Of a DNA stretch of 64,000 nucleotides, positions 58,601 to 64,000 are shown one piece after another. The stretch comes from Haliotis rufescens. Its lineage: Eukaryota. Every line of letters begins with the position of its first letter. Within the stretch, counting starts at the first letter, position 1. The stretch is from positions 2,976,001 through 3,040,000 of the forward strand of contig NW_025963846.1 of the NCBI RefSeq assembly GCF_023055435.1. The letters run 5' to 3'. The notes beneath the pieces are model-generated. The model did no database searches, was not told the DNA's origin, and worked only from the letters and a program-made list of their open reading frames with translations. The translations under genes were made by a program, and so were the position numbers.

Positions 58601-61600
58601 CCGCCGGATAAAGAATTTGTGAACACTTAAAAAATAGAACTGACCAAATAATTACAAACGTTATCGAAACGTTACTAGGCTGAAGCACTGTAAACTTAAG
58701 GTCCAATACACAACTATGATACTGGTATCAAATACATCACCATCGAATTACCATTTCTTTTCTTTTGCCCGGCATTATATTTTACATGTAGAGTGCCTTG
58801 TTAAACAAGGAAGATAGTTCTATGGATATACAACAGTTATTTCTTTATTACAAGGAATGCAACACCGTTATCAAGCAAGTGATGTACAGAAAAGGTCTCC
58901 TTTCTAGGTTCTTTGTTTGAAGCCAAGAACATCTGCTCCATGCCAGAACACCCTGATAACATACAGCTACCCTGCCAGACTCGTAGACTAGACCTTAACC
59001 CCACCCTCAACCCCTCACCACCAAACAGCTCCATTTACCATCAGCCTGCCCTAAATAGGTACAGATCGCCATCAAATCTGCCGCGTTCATCTTATTCCAT
59101 TAAAGATATATAACATGACGCCTCATTATTTATCATAAATGTGACGCACTGTTGGAAGTATTTATCAAGCGTTTTGATGCGCACGTATAATACCTTACTG
59201 TGCTTCTGAATACTAGAGCAACGTGTGTGGTGTTAACAGGTTTGGTGTAATAAAGATACCTGGCAAGATATCCATTGATCTGTTTTTCCCAACGTTATCT
59301 TGTCTTCGGGCAATTTGAGTATCTTCTTCACGCAGAGTTGGCCGCATACTTTCTAGAACCTGAAAATAAGGTGATCACCATTTGCAAAATCTGCTGATGA
59401 CCTTGCTACATTTTCAAAATGTCAGTCTCAACATAGAGACCATTTTCGGTGTTCGAATACGAAGCCATTACTTTCCCTTGTAATATATTGTAGGATTTGG
59501 GCTTTATATTATTATGCTATATTTTACATTCGATTGTCTTGAAACAGTCTTGTGTTCCCCCGAAAACTATAATGAACACACACGCACGCACGCACGCACG
59601 CACATTTTGTCTCTAACTATTTCCATTACCAGATATAATCGGTCACTGTATCTTGACTATAACTCTACAATAGCACCAGACAGTGAAGCAAAGTTTAGTT
59701 TACCTGGTACTCAGCCCGTGGCCGACTACTGTCTGCCAGAGATCGGAAAGACTGTGCTCGGTACTTCTCCATAAGCTCCACGCTGCTGAGGAGAGTGTCC
59801 TTACTGGCTAGCATCTCCTGGAGGGCCAGGTGGACACCGGCATACTGCACCTGGGCACAGACAGAATTCACACGGTGGTGAGTGATTCGGTTTAACGCTG
59901 CTAGGAGTGTCAACCTTGATGTAGGAGGAATGGGATGCAGGCGTTTATTAAAGGTGAATCTGGGATTCAAACCAACGTTAGTGATAAGTACCTTTAGCGG
60001 TACGCCGAGTGTTGGGCGAGTGCTCTCCCTTAGCGCGACGCCAAAGGTACATGTATGAGAAGGCACGAATCCAGCAGGAAAAAATCAGCAAACACACATT
60101 AACACTACCCCCCCTCCCCCCCCCCCCCCCCCCCTCTCTACCGATGCTGATATTTCCGGATGAAGTATGTATTGGAAGCACAGATTACACAGTTGTTAAT
60201 CGCTGTCATTATATTGCGTTATCTTACCAACACCCACGGGGGGCGGTCGGGTAGCCTAGTGGTTCAAGCGTTCTCTCGTCACGCCGAAGTCCCAGGTTCG
60301 ATTCCCGACATGGGTACAATGTGTGAAGCCCATTTCTGGTGTCCCCCGCCGTGATATTGCTGGAATATTGCTAAAAGCGGCGTAAAACCATACTCACTCA
60401 CTCACTCACTCACCAACACCCACGAAAATAGATGTCCCGCATGACCAAGGGACGCAACTCTACAAAGTGTTTGTGGATTTGTGTGTTTTGGAACTGGCTT
60501 GTATTTGAACATATTTCTACAGTTCGGACATATTTCTTTAATTGTTTCGTGACATACCCTGGTTCGAACCATTTCCGGTCTGTGTAGCCTCATCCTGCAC
60601 ACAAACTTAAAGACATCCACTTCCGATTCCGTCCTGGCTTGCTCTGCCATGGCGTTTATAGCAATGAAGGTTCCTGTTCGCCCGACACCAGAACTACAGG
60701 AGTGAAGGTAAGTACTGATTGTTATACACGTACAATAATAAACGTTAAACCCCAGTTCACCTCACCTATTAACAATTATATTATAGTGGCAAAAATAGAC
60801 ATCTCTGTGTTAATGAATCACTATGAAATAGTGATGATACCACGTGCTCATGAAAAGATGAGCGTATCTTGCCCGACCGGTCGCTCCCGTTACAAACACA
60901 AATGCAAAGCCAAGTCAAGTGATCACATGAACAAATACGGAAACATTAGGTACAAGTCAAACTAGAGAATTTCATTGGGCAAATTTAAACACTGATGCGT
61001 CAAATTTGAAAATGTCCTCCACATGCCAACCATAAAACCTTTTGAAATATTTACTGATGCCTTGAATAAATGCTACCAGCATATCTTGAATACAGCAGAG
61101 GCGAATATATGAACAAGTGTTGTAAGTTAAGATAGTTATGGATAAACAGTCATCATTTTGTCTCTGTTTGTGATTAATACGTTGTCCAGAGTAACAAATG
61201 CGCGGAACCAGTCAGATATCGGCCATAGGGATATTGTCACTTACCTGCAATGTACAACCACGGGGCAGGTGGGACTGGTTAGCTTGTTCACGTGTTTGAT
61301 GAAACCGACAAGAGCAGGAGTTGAAGGGAAACCATTTGCTGGCCAGGACACGAACTGAAACTGTGTCACCACGCGTTTCTCAGCAGCCTTGAACAGAATC
61401 AAATGAATATCAGTTATATGATTTGTTAATTTTTTTGGTAAAAACAGAGGTAACTATGTATGGTGTGATGATACCATTATTTATCGTCGTGGATGGAAAC
61501 GTGCGTTAATGACCTAGAAACCTCTACTCTCAATGCCCTCATGACAGAGAAAGTTCTTCTTACCTTTCAGTCGTCGAAATTGATCTCATTGTCAGCATCA

Positions 61601-63961
61601 AATGATTTACATTTCCGATTGTCGTAGATATTGATTCCATTGTCAGTATCAAAGGATTGACACATCCGGTGATGTCATTTTCAGTATCAAAGGATTGAAA
61701 TATCCGATAGTCGTAGATATTGACGTTATTGTCGGTATCAAAGGATTAACAAACCCGGTGATGTCACTGTCAGTACTGAAAGATTGACATACCCGATTGT
61801 CGTAGATATTGATTCCATTGTCAGTATCAAAGGTTTGACAAACTCAGTGATGTCATTGTCGGTATCAAGGGATTGACATATCCGATAATCGTAGATATTG
61901 ACGTTATTATCGGTATCAAAGGATTAACAAACCCCCATGATGTCACTGTCAGTACTGAAGGATTGACATACCCGATTGTCGTAGATATTGATTCCATTGT
62001 CAGTATCAAAGGTTTGACAAACTCAGTGATGTCATTGTCGGTATCAAAGATTTGACAAACCCGGTGATGTCATTTTCAGTATCAAAGGATTGACATACTC
62101 AATGGTCGTAGATATTGACGTTAGTGTCGGTATCAAAGGATTGACAATCCCGGTGATGTCATTGTCAGTATCAAAGGTTTGACATATCCGATGGTCGTAG
62201 ATATTAATTCCATTGTCAGTGTCAAATGATTGACAAACCAGGTGATGTCATTGTCATTATCAGAGGATTGACATTCCCGATGGTCGTAGAAATTAATTCC
62301 ATTGTCAGTGTCAAATGATTGACAAACCAGGTGATGCCATTGTCAGTATCAGAGGATTGACATTCCCGATGGTCGTAGATATTAATTCCATTGTCAGTGT
62401 CAAATGATTGACAAACCAGGTGATGTCATTGTCAGTATCAAAGGATTGACATATCCGATGGTCGTTACTATTGATGTTATTGTCAGTATCCAAGGTGATG
62501 TCATTGTCGGTATCAGAGGCTGTGCCTACCTGGTGGTCGTAGACGTAGAACTCCCTGACGGTGTAATGAGCTCGGGTCACCATCTTGATACACGTCACAG
62601 AGAGATTTCCGTACGTCTTTCCATCTTTGACGTCTGGCCAGTACTTCTGACATTTCACCTGAAATGTACGTTCATCGAAATGTAAAACGTCAACGAAAAA
62701 CATGTTTCTTGATTTTCTGCCGAAACAGATTCCGAAAAAGACAAAATACAAGTAACTGAATGGGGCCCCTGAAAACAAGTGATCACGCTAGGTGTTTGCG
62801 AAAAGGGTAATTATGTTCTGCCCTACCTGTTGACACCCACACAATTTGCATAACAATTAAAAGGACGCTGCACAACACGAAAACTACCATGCGACGGCGA
62901 CAATAGAATATTCGTGGATCGATGTTCACCCCGACAATTACCGCTTTGTCTGTGTGCGTTAAACAAACAAACAAGGAATTATAAAATATTTCTCATTATC
63001 CTGAAACAAAAGAAAGTATATCATCTAAACAAAGAAGGACGGTTCACGTTTTCTTCACATAATTCTAAATTATGGATCACATTATTAATATTTCTTATAT
63101 TTGTATCCAGCAAATAGATCGTGGCCTATCCAAATAGTATTGATGTAGAATTTTAGTCAGGATCATGGAAACACTATTCATATACATTAACAAAATATGA
63201 AAACGGGAACGTATTTTCTTAAAATGTGGCCTTTGAAACCCCGCATTCAGTATCTCTTAAATGTTTATTTAAGTTGTTGGACAGGGATGGCGTTTTATCA
63301 TGTATCTAGATCACAATGCAAGACATGACACGTTGTAAATCACTATAGAAAATGCCTACCTTGCCATTCTCTTTGGTCCTGCTCAACATGACCACTTTGC
63401 AGACATTCCTTTCCCACAACATTCTCCAAAAGTCATTCACAGTTTCTTCCGTAGGACCTAATGAAAAGATCAGTCTTAAAGTAACAATTACACAACGATA
63501 CACATAACGAATTCTATTATCTAGATTATCATTTGAGACATGGGACGAACTTTATCGATAATATGTCAAATATGATCATTACGATTGCTGTCTTACATTT
63601 GTTGGTTCTTTGAATTTTGTATGAACAATCCTTGTTCGGTATGTGGACCCAACATGAGCGTGTCCTATTCATTAACGAATATCTATATATTTTTCGACGT
63701 TCAAAGGTGTTTGTCGCTTTGATCGTGAAGTTTAAGTGTTGTGTGCACAGTTATTGTCTTGTGTTGGACAGGTTAGCATTGTTTTGAATGAAAACAGTTT
63801 CTTTCTTCCACTTTTCACTTTTCAGGCGCCACGGATCCGGAAACCAAGTGAAAAGGTATTCAAGGGAAAACAAGCGTTCACACTGATTACTGACACAAGA
63901 CAACCCTAACAGTGTCCTTCCTACCTTGTGTAGCTATGTACTCTTCCATTATTATGTATCC
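52577..63961 (-). CDS. Second tandem-domain receptor-type PTP (RPTP-2, paralog of RPTP-1), likely pseudophosphatase; 5' exons outside the window
   Basis: 13 phase-consistent exons: 63961-63925, 63457-63360, 62658-62530, 61387-61245, 60693-60558, 59850-59704, 59359-59260, 58488-58415, 56675-56532, 55586-55452, 54441-54281, 53585-53450, 52642-52577. Motifs YIATQGP, DFWRMLW, KCQKYWP, WPANG, HCSSGVGRTG, MVRT; D2 HCLDGASRSG; ends NPEPLA*. Confidence 0.92.
52750..53102 (-). mobile_element. SINE family B, full length
   Basis: TSD accacaatga. Confidence 0.9.
53231..53379 (-). mobile_element. SINE family A
   Basis: TSD tggaacagac. Confidence 0.85.
53450..53585 (-). CDS. RPTP-2 D2 exon
   Basis: DGASRSGLFCAVSNIISRLKMDKEVDIF... 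Confidence 0.92.
54281..54441 (-). CDS. RPTP-2 D2 exon
   Basis: RHVKVFSIPDWSVNEDTP...HPIIVHC. Confidence 0.9.
54560..54845. repeat. Diverged ~85-bp tandem repeat, ~3 copies
   Basis: aacaatgtgaccaaacaaa...ttggatatagccc recurs. Confidence 0.75.
54935..55212 (-). mobile_element. SINE family C
   Basis: Homology to 49481-49762. Confidence 0.85.
55452..55586 (-). CDS. RPTP-2 D2 exon
   Basis: DYGEYMPLREGEALSVGKFEVLL... Confidence 0.85.
56120..56345. mobile_element. Two adjacent Harbinger-type MITEs (56120-56235, 56239-56345) delimited by CAG triplets
   Basis: Long TIRs ggccccatcccacaaagcgatcgtagc / gctacgatcgctttgtggatggggtc; pattern cag-M1-cag-M2-cag. Confidence 0.75.
56532..56675 (-). CDS. RPTP-2 D2 exon
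   Basis: GFIVTQQPLFHSVEQFWTLA. Confidence 0.9.
56717..57197 (+). mobile_element. Helentron-associated (DINE-1/HINE-like) non-autonomous element
   Basis: Internal duplicated block (tgtgccaagtttggt x2), (GACG)n tract, 3' palindrome cccc...gggg followed by atac. Confidence 0.55.
57214..57575 (-). mobile_element. SINE family B, diverged
   Basis: Homology to 52750-53102. Confidence 0.8.
58115..58308 (-). mobile_element. SINE family C, 3'-truncated
   Basis: Head and body homology to family C. Confidence 0.85.
58415..58488 (-). CDS. RPTP-2 D2 exon
   Basis: HRVVLKGTSGNQNPYINAVYLP. Confidence 0.9.
59260..59359 (-). CDS. RPTP-2 D2 exon
   Basis: ...ARRQDNVGKNRSMDILP. Confidence 0.9.
59704..59850 (-). 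CDS. RPTP-2 linker exon
   Basis: VQYAGVHLALQEML...AEYQ. Confidence 0.88.
60239..60410 (+). mobile_element. SINE family A
   Basis: TSD accaacacccacg. Confidence 0.9.
60558..60693 (-). CDS. RPTP-2 D1 exon (P-loop, Q-loop)
   Basis: [16 protein letters not shown]...MRLHRPEMVRTR. Confidence 0.93.
61245..61387 (-). CDS. RPTP-2 D1 exon (WPA loop, catalytic Cys)
   Basis: RVVTQFQFVSWPANGFPSTPALV...PVVVHC. Confidence 0.93.
61580..62516. repeat. Composite satellite of alternating ~37/48-bp monomers (cattgtcagtatcaaaggattgaca)
   Basis: Directly visible; begins ~15 nt into an RPTP-2 intron. Confidence 0.9.
62530..62658 (-). CDS. RPTP-2 D1 exon
   Basis: VKCQKYWPDVKDGKTYGNLSV... Confidence 0.92.
63360..63457 (-). 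CDS. RPTP-2 D1 exon
   Basis: GPTEETVNDFWRMLWERNVCKVVML. Confidence 0.93.
63925..63961 (-). CDS. RPTP-2 D1 exon
   Basis: GYIIMEEYIATQG, 37 nt. Confidence 0.88.
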
Positions 63962-64000
63962 CTGAAAGAATACATACACTGTGAACAACACTCTACATGT

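Noticed and set aside
61827-62685. Ile/Thr/Val-rich ORFs
   Set aside because: Translation of an intronic satellite; only 62530-62658 (-) is exonic

Overview
Eukaryotic, intron-rich, AT-rich genomic DNA. The SINE families and gene types suggest a mollusc, probably a gastropod such as abalone (inference). Three spliced genes were reconstructed by hand with phase-consistent exons. (1) A 5'-truncated receptor-type tyrosine phosphatase on + (2219-14783): EGF/laminin-type Cys repeats, TM, an intact D1 and a dead D2, ending in SFYANV. (2) A complete ~991-aa single-pass protein on + (31494-50134): signal peptide, FAMeT-like domain, 4 cadherin repeats, a Gly/Ala/Met low-complexity stalk, TM and a very short tail. 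(3) A paralogous 5'-truncated RPTP on - (63961-52577) whose D1 keeps HCSSGVGR but has WPD->WPA and Q-loop Q->R, resembling engineered substrate-trap mutants. Introns and intergenic DNA hold decayed Tc1 elements, a two-gene Harbinger relic plus MITEs, Penelope-like fragments (one with a candidate U3-A8 hammerhead core), four SINE-like families with related 3' tails, and many satellites. Several repeats duplicate splice sites, most strikingly an 8x22-bp array over a cadherin acceptor. All calls are by eye; no database search was run.
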